The notes under the pieces: generated by a model
The model's input: the letters and a program-made list of their open reading frames with translations, nothing else
What the model was told of the DNA's origin: nothing
The model's database searches: none
Shown: one piece after another, positions 26,025 through 33,603 of the stretch
Layout of the letters: the number at the start of each line of letters is the position of its first letter
How positions within the stretch are numbered: position 1 is the stretch's first letter
DNA from: Acidobacteriota bacterium
GTDB lineage: Bacteria > Acidobacteriota > Vicinamibacteria > Vicinamibacterales > Fen-181
DNA length: 64,000 nt
Direction: 5' to 3'
NCBI GenBank assembly: GCA_003170135.1
Contig: PMZR01000084.1
Location: 36,674 to 100,673, forward strand
Program-made: the position numbers and the translations under genes

Positions 26025-27589
26025 AACGGATTCTCATCGCGTTTCTCGTGCTGGGCCTGACCGCCGCGATGGTCTCGACCGCGCTCCACAGGAAGAGCGA
26101 GGAGCGGTCGCCGCTGGCGACCCTTGCCGAGCAGTACTCGCACAAGGTCAAGCCGTCAGTCGACCATTCGCTGTTCACGCAGCTGAAGAAACCATTTGCC
26201 AGCCCGCAGGACGTGACGGCTGCGTGCGTCGGCTGCCACAACGGCCGCGCGGCCGAAGTGATGCAGTCGTCGCACTGGAACTGGGAACGCACGGAGTACG
26301 TTCCCGGCCAGGGCATCCGCGCCATCGGCAAGCGGAACATCCTGAACAACTTCTGCATCGGCATCTCGGGCAACCAGCAGAGCTGCGATCGCTGCCACAT
26401 CGGCTACGGCTACGCGAACTCCGCGTTCGACTTCAAGAACGCGCTGAACGTCGATTGCCTCGCCTGTCACGACAACAGCGCCACCTACAACAAGCAGGCG
26501 GAGGGCGCGGGGATGCCGGACCCGTCCGTCGACCTCAGTTACGTGGCGCAGCATGTGGGCAAGCCCCAACGGACCAACTGCGGCACCTGCCACTTCTTCG
26601 GCGGCGGCGGCAACAACGTGAAGCACGGCGATCTCGAGCAAGCGCTCTTCGATCCCTCGCGGGACGTGGACGTGCACATGGCGTCGGACGGTCCCGACAT
26701 GCAGTGCGTCGACTGTCACACGGCGTCGAAGCACCAGATGCTCGGGAAGATGTACTCCGTTTCGTCGATGAACCGGAACCGCGTCGAGTGCGAGACGTGC
26801 CACAGCCGGCTGCCGCACGCCGACGCCATCCTGAACGACCACACGCTGAAGGTGGCGTGCCAGACGTGTCACGTCCCGACCTACGCGAAGGTGAACCCGA
26901 CCAAGCTCTCGTGGGACTGGTCCACCGCCGGCCGGTTGAAGGACGGGAAACCGTACGAAGAAAAGGACGCGAACGGGACCGATCGGTACATGTCGATCAA
27001 GGGCTCGTTCGTCTGGGGCAAGCAGGTGAAGCCGGACTACGTGTGGTTCGACGGCACGGCGTCCCACTACCTGGTCGGCGATCGGTTCGATTCGTCGAAG
27101 CCGCTGCCGATGAACCAGTTGCACGGCAGCTACGACGATCCGGACTCGAAGATCTATCCGGTGAAGATCCATCGGGCGAACCAGATCTACGACACGGTGA
27201 ACAAATACCTCATCCAGCCGAAGCTCTACTCGGCGCACGCCGGCGACGGCGGGTTCTGGGGCGACTTCGACTGGGAGCGGGCCGCCGAGGAAGGGATGAA
27301 AGAGATCAACCTGCCCTACAGCGGCCGCTACGGGTTCGCGCAGACGGTCATGTACTGGCCGATCAACCACATGGTGTCACCGAAGGAAGCGTCGGTCGGG
27401 TGCAATGAGTGCCACACGCGCGATCACGGCAGGCTCGAGCACCTCGCCGGCTTTTACATGCCGGGGCGCGACCACAGGCCATGGCTCGACGTGCTCGGAG
27501 GCACTCTTCTCGCCCTGACCTTTGCGGGCGTCGTCATCCACGGCGGCGCACGCGCGCTCGTCGCCCGGAGACGGAAGGAGGAGGACTGA
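26021..27589 (+). CDS. Octahaem c-type cytochrome, tetrathionate reductase (Otr) family-like, with C-terminal TM anchor
   Basis: 522 aa with N-terminal signal/anchor. Eight CxxCH (CVGCH, CDRCH, CLACH, CGTCH, CVDCH, CETCH, CQTCH, CNECH). C-terminal hydrophobic helix followed by RRRKEED. Confidence 0.65.
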   Translation: MKRILIAFLVLGLTAAMVSTALHRKSEERSPLATLAEQYSHKVKPSVDHSLFTQLKKPFASPQDVTAACVGCHNGRAAEVMQSSHWNWERTEYVPGQGIRAIGKRNILNNFCIGISGNQQSCDRCHIGYGYANSAFDFKNALNVDCLACHDNSATYNKQAEGAGMPDPSVDLSYVAQHVGKPQRTNCGTCHFFGGGGNNVKHGDLEQALFDPSRDVDVHMASDGPDMQCVDCHTASKHQMLGKMYSVSSMNRNRVECETCHSRLPHADAILNDHTLKVACQTCHVPTYAKVNPTKLSWDWSTAGRLKDGKPYEEKDANGTDRYMSIKGSFVWGKQVKPDYVWFDGTASHYLVGDRFDSSKPLPMNQLHGSYDDPDSKIYPVKIHRANQIYDTVNKYLIQPKLYSAHAGDGGFWGDFDWERAAEEGMKEINLPYSGRYGFAQTVMYWPINHMVSPKEASVGCNECHTRDHGRLEHLAGFYMPGRDHRPWLDVLGGTLLALTFAGVVIHGGARALVARRRKEED

Positions 27590-27590
27590 C

Positions 27591-28232
27591 ATGACCCACT
27601 ACGTCTACCGGGGATTCGAGCGGTTCTGGCACTGGATGCAGGCCGCCCTCGTGCTGTTCCTCGCGGTCACCGGCTTCGAGATCCACGGCTCGATCGCCTT
27701 CTTCGGGTTCGAGCACGCCGTCAGATATCACAACACCGCCGCCACCGCGTTCCTCGTGCTGATCGCGTTCGCCATCTTCTGGCACTTCACGACCGGCGAG
27801 TGGCGGCAGTACCTGCCGACATGGACCAACCTGCGGCCGCAGGCGGAGTACTACCTCTTCGGCATCTTCCACGACGCCCCGCACCCGACGAGGAAGACCG
27901 TGCTGAGCAAGCTGAACCCGCTCCAGCGTCTCGTCTACGCGGGTCTGAAGGTGCTGGTGATCCCACTGATGGTCGTCTCCGGGCTCGTCTACATGTTTTA
28001 CCGCTACCCGCAGCGCCACGACGTGGTCGCGCTCAACGTCAACGGGCTCCAGACGGTCGCCCTGCTTCACACCGCGGGCGCGTTCCTGCTCGTCTCCTTC
28101 TTCATCGCGCATCTCTACCTGGTCACGACAGGACAGACGATCACGTCGAACCTGAAGGCGATGATCACCGGCTACGAAGACCTGACATACGATGCGGAGA
28201 AGAAGGCGGCCGAGGCCGAAACCGCAGCCTGA
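27591..28232 (+). CDS. Membrane b-type cytochrome (PhsC / Ni-Fe-hydrogenase cytochrome b family)
   Basis: 213 aa with GGAAGGAGGAGGA upstream. Four TM helices with conserved His (FWHWMQ, RYHNT, LLHTAG, IAHLY). Confidence 0.7.
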   Translation: MTHYVYRGFERFWHWMQAALVLFLAVTGFEIHGSIAFFGFEHAVRYHNTAATAFLVLIAFAIFWHFTTGEWRQYLPTWTNLRPQAEYYLFGIFHDAPHPTRKTVLSKLNPLQRLVYAGLKVLVIPLMVVSGLVYMFYRYPQRHDVVALNVNGLQTVALLHTAGAFLLVSFFIAHLYLVTTGQTITSNLKAMITGYEDLTYDAEKKAAEAETAA

Positions 28233-28243
28233 CGAGGCATCGC

Positions 28244-28756
28244 ATGAACACGAAATACATGAATCCCTATCTTGCCGGGTTCCTGCTCGGCATGGTCCTG
28301 TTGGCGACGATCTTCATCACCGGGCGCGGCCTGGGAGCCAGCGGCGCGGTCAAGGACGTGGTCATCGCCGCGGTGCACGGCGTGGCCCCCGCGCACGCCG
28401 AGCACTCGCCTTTCTACAAGACGTACGTCGGACCGGGAAAAGAGAACCCGCTGAAGTCCTGGCTGGTCTTCGAAGTGCTCGGCGTCATCATCGGCGCCTT
28501 CGTGTCGGGGCTCGTCTCCGATCGGCTCCGGTTCGTGACCGAAGGGGGGCCGCGCCTCCGGCCGTCGCGCCGGTGGCTCTTCGCGGCGATCGGCGGCGCG
28601 CTGTTCGCCGTCGGCGCCCAGTTCGCCCGCGGCTGCACCAGCGGCGCGGCGCTCAGCGGCATGGCGGTCCTGTCGACCGCCGGGTTCGTCACGATGCTCG
28701 CCATTTTCGGCACCGGATACGCGGTGGCGTACTTCGGCCGCAGGCTGTGGCTGTAG
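28244..28756 (+). CDS. YeeE/YedE-family sulfur-compound transporter, half-size subunit
   Basis: 170 aa, 4 TM. FARGCTSGAALSG active-Cys motif. Confidence 0.75.
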   Translation: MNTKYMNPYLAGFLLGMVLLATIFITGRGLGASGAVKDVVIAAVHGVAPAHAEHSPFYKTYVGPGKENPLKSWLVFEVLGVIIGAFVSGLVSDRLRFVTEGGPRLRPSRRWLFAAIGGALFAVGAQFARGCTSGAALSGMAVLSTAGFVTMLAIFGTGYAVAYFGRRLWL

Positions 28757-28772
28757 GAAAAGGAGTGCTGAA

Positions 28773-29969
28773 ATGATGGGACCCTTCGCGCCGGACCTCA
28801 TTCCCGATCAGCTGAACCTGGTCGTGGCCCTGTTCATCGGCATCGGTTTCGGCTACGTGCTCGAACAGGCGGGCTTCTCTTCGTCGCGCCGACTGGCCGG
28901 CCTCTTCTACGGCTACGACTTCACCGTCCTTCGGGTGTTCTTCACCGCCGCGGTCACGGCGATGAGCGGCGTGCTGCTGCTGGGCTATTTCGGCCTGCTC
29001 GACACCGAGGTGATCTACGTCAATCCCACATGGCTCTGGCCGGCCGTCGTGGGCGGCGCGATCATGGGCGTGGGATTCATCGTGGGCGGCTTCTGTCCGG
29101 GCACGAGCGTGTGTGCCGCCGCCATCGGCAAGATCGATGCGATGTTCTTCGTCGGCGGTGGGCTGCTCGGCGTCTTCGCATTCGGCGAGTCTTTCGCGAC
29201 CTACCAGCATTTCTACGAATCGTCTTCGCTCGGCGCGATCAAGGTGTTCGATTCGCTGGGCATCTCGCAGGGGCTCTTCGCCTTCCTGCTCATCGCCGGC
29301 GCCGTCGGTGCCTTCGCGGTGACAACGCTCGTCGAAAAACGAGTGGCCGGCCCGTCGGCGCCGTCGCAATCGTTCCGGTTCGGCAAGCACGCCGCCGCCG
29401 GCGCCGCGGTCATGGCGCTCGGCCTGGTCTTCATCGCGATGCCCGATCGCAAGGCGCACCTGATCGGTGAGGTGTCCGACTCTTCCTACGTCGCTGCGCA
29501 CCCGGTCGATGTGATGGACGCGGACGAGCTGGCGTTCCGGATCGTGGATCGCGAGCCGCGCGTGCAGATCATCGACATCCGCCCGCCGCAAGCCTATGCC
29601 CGGCTGGCGCTGCCCGGTTCCCGGAACATGCAGATCAAGGAGTTCTTCGGCAAGGATCCGATCGAGGTGCTGTCGCAGCGGCACGTGAAGAAGGTGCTGG
29701 TGGGCGAAACCGAGCACGACGAACGCGCCGCCTGCCTGCTGCTTGGCCTGTTGGGCTACGAGAACTTCGCCGCGCTCAAAGGCGGCCTCCAGTCGTTCCA
29801 GAACACGATCCTGACGGCGTCATTCGTTCCGACCGGCAGCAGGTGGGACGGCGACGTCCGCCAGTTCCGCGAGACAGCGCGCAGCCAGATTACTCAGATG
29901 ATCGCCAGCGCAAAGAACACCGGGTCGAAAGAACCGAAGAAGGTGAAGAAGGTCCAGGGCGGTTGCTGA
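28773..29969 (+). CDS. YeeE/YedE half-transporter fused to a rhodanese-homology domain (catalytic Cys absent); C-terminus ...KKVQGGC
   Basis: 398 aa with AAAGGAG upstream. GGFCPGTSVCAAA motif. Rhodanese-like QIIDIRPPQAYARLALPGSRN...KKVLVGETEHDERAA...LKGGLQSF. Confidence 0.7.
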   Translation: MMGPFAPDLIPDQLNLVVALFIGIGFGYVLEQAGFSSSRRLAGLFYGYDFTVLRVFFTAAVTAMSGVLLLGYFGLLDTEVIYVNPTWLWPAVVGGAIMGVGFIVGGFCPGTSVCAAAIGKIDAMFFVGGGLLGVFAFGESFATYQHFYESSSLGAIKVFDSLGISQGLFAFLLIAGAVGAFAVTTLVEKRVAGPSAPSQSFRFGKHAAAGAAVMALGLVFIAMPDRKAHLIGEVSDSSYVAAHPVDVMDADELAFRIVDREPRVQIIDIRPPQAYARLALPGSRNMQIKEFFGKDPIEVLSQRHVKKVLVGETEHDERAACLLLGLLGYENFAALKGGLQSFQNTILTASFVPTGSRWDGDVRQFRETARSQITQMIASAKNTGSKEPKKVKKVQGGC

Positions 29970-29973
29970 TGAC

Positions 29974-30029
29974 GCACACCTTCCTGCCCTATCAGTACTT
30001 CCTGGTGTTCACGGTGGCGGGCAGCCCGC
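29974..30029 (+). repeat. Orphan copy of the 3' end of the methyltransferase gene (direct repeat of 19169-19224)
   Basis: 54/56 nt identical to 19169-19224. Encodes HTFLPYQYFLVFTVAGSP. Both differences are synonymous Tyr codon changes. Confidence 0.9.
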
Positions 30030-30061
30030 AGAGTCGCTGACCGGGGTTGAGCCGGCGGCAG

Positions 30062-31426
30062 TTACTTCATGTATGTGGCGTGGCCGTTCGTGCCCGCTGG
30101 CGCAGCCTCCTGCATCATCGGCATGCCGTCCGCCATCTGGTGGCGCTCCACCAGGTGCGTCATCGTCATGTCCCACATCCGGCCCATCATTGATGCCGGA
30201 GGCCGCACTCGCAGGAAAAGGTGCAAGGAGAATGGATGACTCCCGTGGGTCGCCTGCAGCACCTCCGGCACGCCGTACGCGGTGACATCCGCGCCCACGC
30301 CCACCTGCGCGCCCGCCGGTTTCCAGAAATCGCGGACGTCACCCAGCGTCCAGGCGACGACGAATGCGACGGCGATGCCGCCGGGGCCGGCAGGCACGCG
30401 GTCGAACACGAGGAGATTCGTTTCGACCTGAACGGTCTCGAACCGCGTGTAGATCGCGTTCGCCCCGAACCGGCGCGTCGCCTCGACAAAAAAGGCATTC
30501 GAGGAGTCGTGTGCCTTGTCATTGCGCCCGTAGGCGGCCGTTACCGCGGTGAACCCGTCATCGCGCTCCCGAAACCACTCGACAGACGTCGTCGTGCGCC
30601 GGACGTTGCCCGGCTCGAGCGCCTCGGGGTCCTTCAGCACGCCGCTCGAGACCTGAAGCAGCCAATTCGACGAAGGCCGAATCCAGACGCGAGCCGACCA
30701 GGAATCGAGCGGACCGCGATCCAGCAGGTTCCAGCGGTTGTCATCCGGTTCGCGGCCGTTGAAGAGCGACGCCTCAACGATCACGGGGCCACGATCGACA
30801 GCAGCCGTGATGACGCCCATCGCGATGTGCGTGGAGTCGAAGGTGTGATGGCTGAGCGGCGCCACCGGATTCTCCGCCGCTGATGGCCGGTGCATGAAGG
30901 CCACGGGACCCAGAGCCGGCTCACCGACCGGGCCGCCGGCAATCGTCAGCCGCGCGTGTTTCGTGACGGGCACGTGCCATGCACCCGCGAGCTGCATCGT
31001 CAGGTCGTGCGGGTGCTGGCGATCGACCAGCGGCTGTCCATTGCAGGTTTCGCCGGCCTGGAAGATCTCCCGGTAACCGCACTTGCCGACCGTGGCCGGC
31101 TCGAGGCTCGCCATGCCGGTGAAGGTCAGGGTGCCGTGGCCGAGCCGGTGTGTGAGCATGCCCATCCACCAGTTCGGTGCCTTGAAGTCCGTGCCGCCGC
31201 GCGGGCCTCCCTGGCGGTTCAGCATGACCGAGAGCAGCCCGTCGTACATCAGCTGCCAACCATCGCCCGAGGGAGACATCGTCATCTGAGATGGAGGCCG
31301 TCCAGCGGTGGATGACGGCTGGATGTCGGCGTTCTGCGCCGTCGCAGCGGACAGAGGAACGAGCAGCAACGCGATTGCCGCGAGCAGACGTCCTACACGG
31401 CGGGCTGGCGAGGCTGAAATCCGCAT
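30062..31426 (-). CDS. Secreted / probable outer-membrane protein with Met/His-rich C-terminal tail
   Basis: Signal peptide MRISASPARRVGRLLAAIALLLVPLSAATAQ (alternative start 31450). Beta-rich body. Tail MMGRMWDMTMTHLVERHQMADGMPMMQE...HATYMK. Confidence 0.5.
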   Translation of the reverse strand: MRISASPARRVGRLLAAIALLLVPLSAATAQNADIQPSSTAGRPPSQMTMSPSGDGWQLMYDGLLSVMLNRQGGPRGGTDFKAPNWWMGMLTHRLGHGTLTFTGMASLEPATVGKCGYREIFQAGETCNGQPLVDRQHPHDLTMQLAGAWHVPVTKHARLTIAGGPVGEPALGPVAFMHRPSAAENPVAPLSHHTFDSTHIAMGVITAAVDRGPVIVEASLFNGREPDDNRWNLLDRGPLDSWSARVWIRPSSNWLLQVSSGVLKDPEALEPGNVRRTTTSVEWFRERDDGFTAVTAAYGRNDKAHDSSNAFFVEATRRFGANAIYTRFETVQVETNLLVFDRVPAGPGGIAVAFVVAWTLGDVRDFWKPAGAQVGVGADVTAYGVPEVLQATHGSHPFSLHLFLRVRPPASMMGRMWDMTMTHLVERHQMADGMPMMQEAAPAGTNGHATYMK

Positions 31427-31547
31427 ACGAGGTCCGACCCAACTCAGCATGCGCGGGGTGCTCCGCCGAAGTCAACACGGCGGCGACGTGCTCCGCGCGG
31501 TGATCGGGCGGTGCCGGACGACGTCTAAACAAGTGAGGTTCCCAAAC

Positions 31548-32135
31548 GTGTCGCTGCAGGCCCGCCTGCTGGACGACATCGTCGACAACGTGCGGACGGC
31601 ACGGGGAACCATGCGGTTGCAGCGGCAGGCCATCGATCTCACGTCGGTCGTGGCCGCCGCCCTCGACATGGCGCGGCCAGCAGCCACCGCGCATGAGGTT
31701 CGGCTGGAACAGAGACTCGACGGCCGCGAGATGCCTGTCTTTGGAGACGCGGTCCGCCTGCAGCAGGTCATGACGAACCTGCTCTCGAACGCACTCAAGT
31801 TCACGCCCGCCGGCGAGTCGATCACGGTTCGGCTCGAACGCGCCGGGGAGCACGCTCAGATCAGCGTGAGCGACAGCGGCATCGGCATCGAGGAGGCGTT
31901 CCTCCCGTTCGTCTTCGAGCGCTTCAGGCGGGGCAATCACGCGCGCGAGGGTCTCGGTCTGGGCCTGGCAATCGCTCGACACCTGGTCGAGATGCACGGG
32001 GGCGCCATCGCCGTCGCAAGCCCGGGCCTCGAACGTGGCAGCACGTTCACCGTGACGCTGCCGCTGCAATCCCGCGATCTACCGCGAGGGGCCCGTGAGC
32101 GATCGGGTCAGATGGAAGGTCCCGCCAGGCTGTAG
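31548..32135 (+). pseudogene. Truncated sensor histidine kinase (HATPase_c domain only; phospho-acceptor H-box missing)
   Basis: N, G1 and G2 boxes present (LLSNALKFTP, DSGIGI, GLGLGLAI). The sequence begins mid-DHp (LQARLLDDIVD...) with no HExxxP box upstream. The upstream part of ORF 31308.. overlaps the start of the divergent gene. Confidence 0.5.
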
Positions 32136-32494
32136 AGCAGGATGGCAAGCACGATGAGCGTGAAGACCACGTATCGGACATCACGCGCCAGTAGGAACAT
32201 CACCACCGAGAAGACGACGCGGGCGACCGGGGTCGCGATGAGCAGGAGCAGGCCGAACTGAATGAGGCCGCGGCCTCGCACGTCGAAGGCGTCCTTCAGG
32301 ATGCCCGACACGGCGCGCAGGTCGGTCGGCTCGCCGTGGAACACGTGGTAGGCGGGCGGTTCCGTGCCGTGACGTGCCAGGAACAGGATCCCGCCGGCCA
32401 GCACGACCGTCGCCGAGACGAGCACACCACCGCGCAGGATGTTCCCCAGCAGATTCTCCAACCGCTCGTCGGTCCAGTACCGCTCTACCGTCAT
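32108..32494 (-). CDS. DUF1634 membrane protein (usual partner of TauE/SafE permeases)
   Basis: 128 aa from MTVERYW. Three TM segments. The rest of listed ORF 32108..33418 is out-of-frame overlap with the next gene. Confidence 0.65.
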   Translation of the reverse strand: MTVERYWTDERLENLLGNILRGGVLVSATVVLAGGILFLARHGTEPPAYHVFHGEPTDLRAVSGILKDAFDVRGRGLIQFGLLLLIATPVARVVFSVVMFLLARDVRYVVFTLIVLAILLYSLAGPSI

Positions 32495-32508
32495 GGCTGC
32501 TGCCTTGT

Positions 32509-33345
32509 TCAAACCCGCCCGGTCAACCCCTGGTAGATCATCTCGATGGCCAGTACGACGATGACCACCGCGAAGACCAACCGCAGCACCTTTGTCGGCG
32601 CGTGGGCCAGGATGCGCGCGCCGGTCATTGAACCCGCGAGCACGCCGAGCATGACCGGCATGGCGAGTCCAGGATCGATGTAGCCGCGGTTCAAGTACAC
32701 GCCGGCGCTCGCCGCCGCGGTCACCCCGATCATGAAGTTGCTGGTCGTCGTGGACACCTTGAACGGGATCCGCATCACCTGGTCCATCGCCAGCACCTTG
32801 ACCGCGCCGGACCCGATGCCGAGCAGGCCTGACAGACCGCCCGCCACGAACATCAGACCGAAACCGCCGGGAATGCCACGCACGCGGTAGGTCTGCACCC
32901 CGCGCGCCGTCGGGTATGTCGAGTCGAAGCGCAGCATCGTCGCCAGCCGATCGGGAGCGGCCGTGTCGGCCTCTTCGCTCTTCGGGCGGGATGAGAACCA
33001 CGCCGACGACAGAAGCACGAGGCCGAACACGACCGCGATGGCACCGGTTGGCAGGTGCGCGGCGAGCGCGGCGCCGCCCAGGGCCCCGGTGGTCGTCGCG
33101 ATCTCGAGCACCATCCCGATGCGGATGTTCGAATAGCCCTCCTTCACGTAGGCGGCCGCCGCCCCGGACGACGTGGCGATGACCGACACCAGCGACGCGC
33201 CGATCGCGTACCGGATATCGACGCCGAAGACGAGCGTCAGGAGAGGCACGAGGACGACGCCGCCGCCCAGGCCGGTGAGCGCGCCGAGAAACCCGGCGAG
33301 GAGCGACGAGGCGGCGACAAGCGTGGTGAAGAGCAGCGTGGTCAT
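32509..33345 (-). CDS. TauE/SafE (TSUP) family sulfite/organosulfur anion exporter
   Basis: FLGALTGLGGGVVLVPLL and GLLGIGSGAVKV repeats. ATG 33345 preferred over TTG 33378. Confidence 0.75.
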   Translation of the reverse strand: MTTLLFTTLVAASSLLAGFLGALTGLGGGVVLVPLLTLVFGVDIRYAIGASLVSVIATSSGAAAAYVKEGYSNIRIGMVLEIATTTGALGGAALAAHLPTGAIAVVFGLVLLSSAWFSSRPKSEEADTAAPDRLATMLRFDSTYPTARGVQTYRVRGIPGGFGLMFVAGGLSGLLGIGSGAVKVLAMDQVMRIPFKVSTTTSNFMIGVTAAASAGVYLNRGYIDPGLAMPVMLGVLAGSMTGARILAHAPTKVLRLVFAVVIVVLAIEMIYQGLTGRV

Positions 33346-33557
33346 CGTGAACGGACGAAGCGGGATGGAAAAACGCAAAGAGCGAGCCAGGCCTCGCGAC
33401 GCGCCAGAACGCCATCATTGGTGCGCCCTAGCCCCGATGCTTCATGTTGGCCGCGCCGACCGGAAGATCGAACACAACGCCGTTTTCTGTCCGGCTTTCA
33501 TGCACCAACGTCGGCAGGTTGACGCGGCGTCTTGCGATCGGCTCAGCGATCCTTAAG

Positions 33558-33577
33558 CTTGTGCGGTTTTTCACAAG
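33558..33577. promoter_or_regulatory. CRP/FNR-type palindrome CTTGTGC-GGTTTT-TCACAAG
   Basis: Inverted repeat with TGTGC-N6-TCACA core. Nearly identical to 45802-45821. About 200 nt upstream of the tauE-like gene. Confidence 0.45.
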
Positions 33578-33603
33578 CAAGCTCATCTGGTAGCGGAAGC
33601 GTC

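Noticed and set aside
32495-33418. N-terminal 308 codons of the listed ORF 32108..33418 (436 aa).
   Set aside because: Out-of-frame overlap with the well-supported TauE/SafE gene (32509..33345). Only the C-terminal 128 codons (DUF1634) look genuine.
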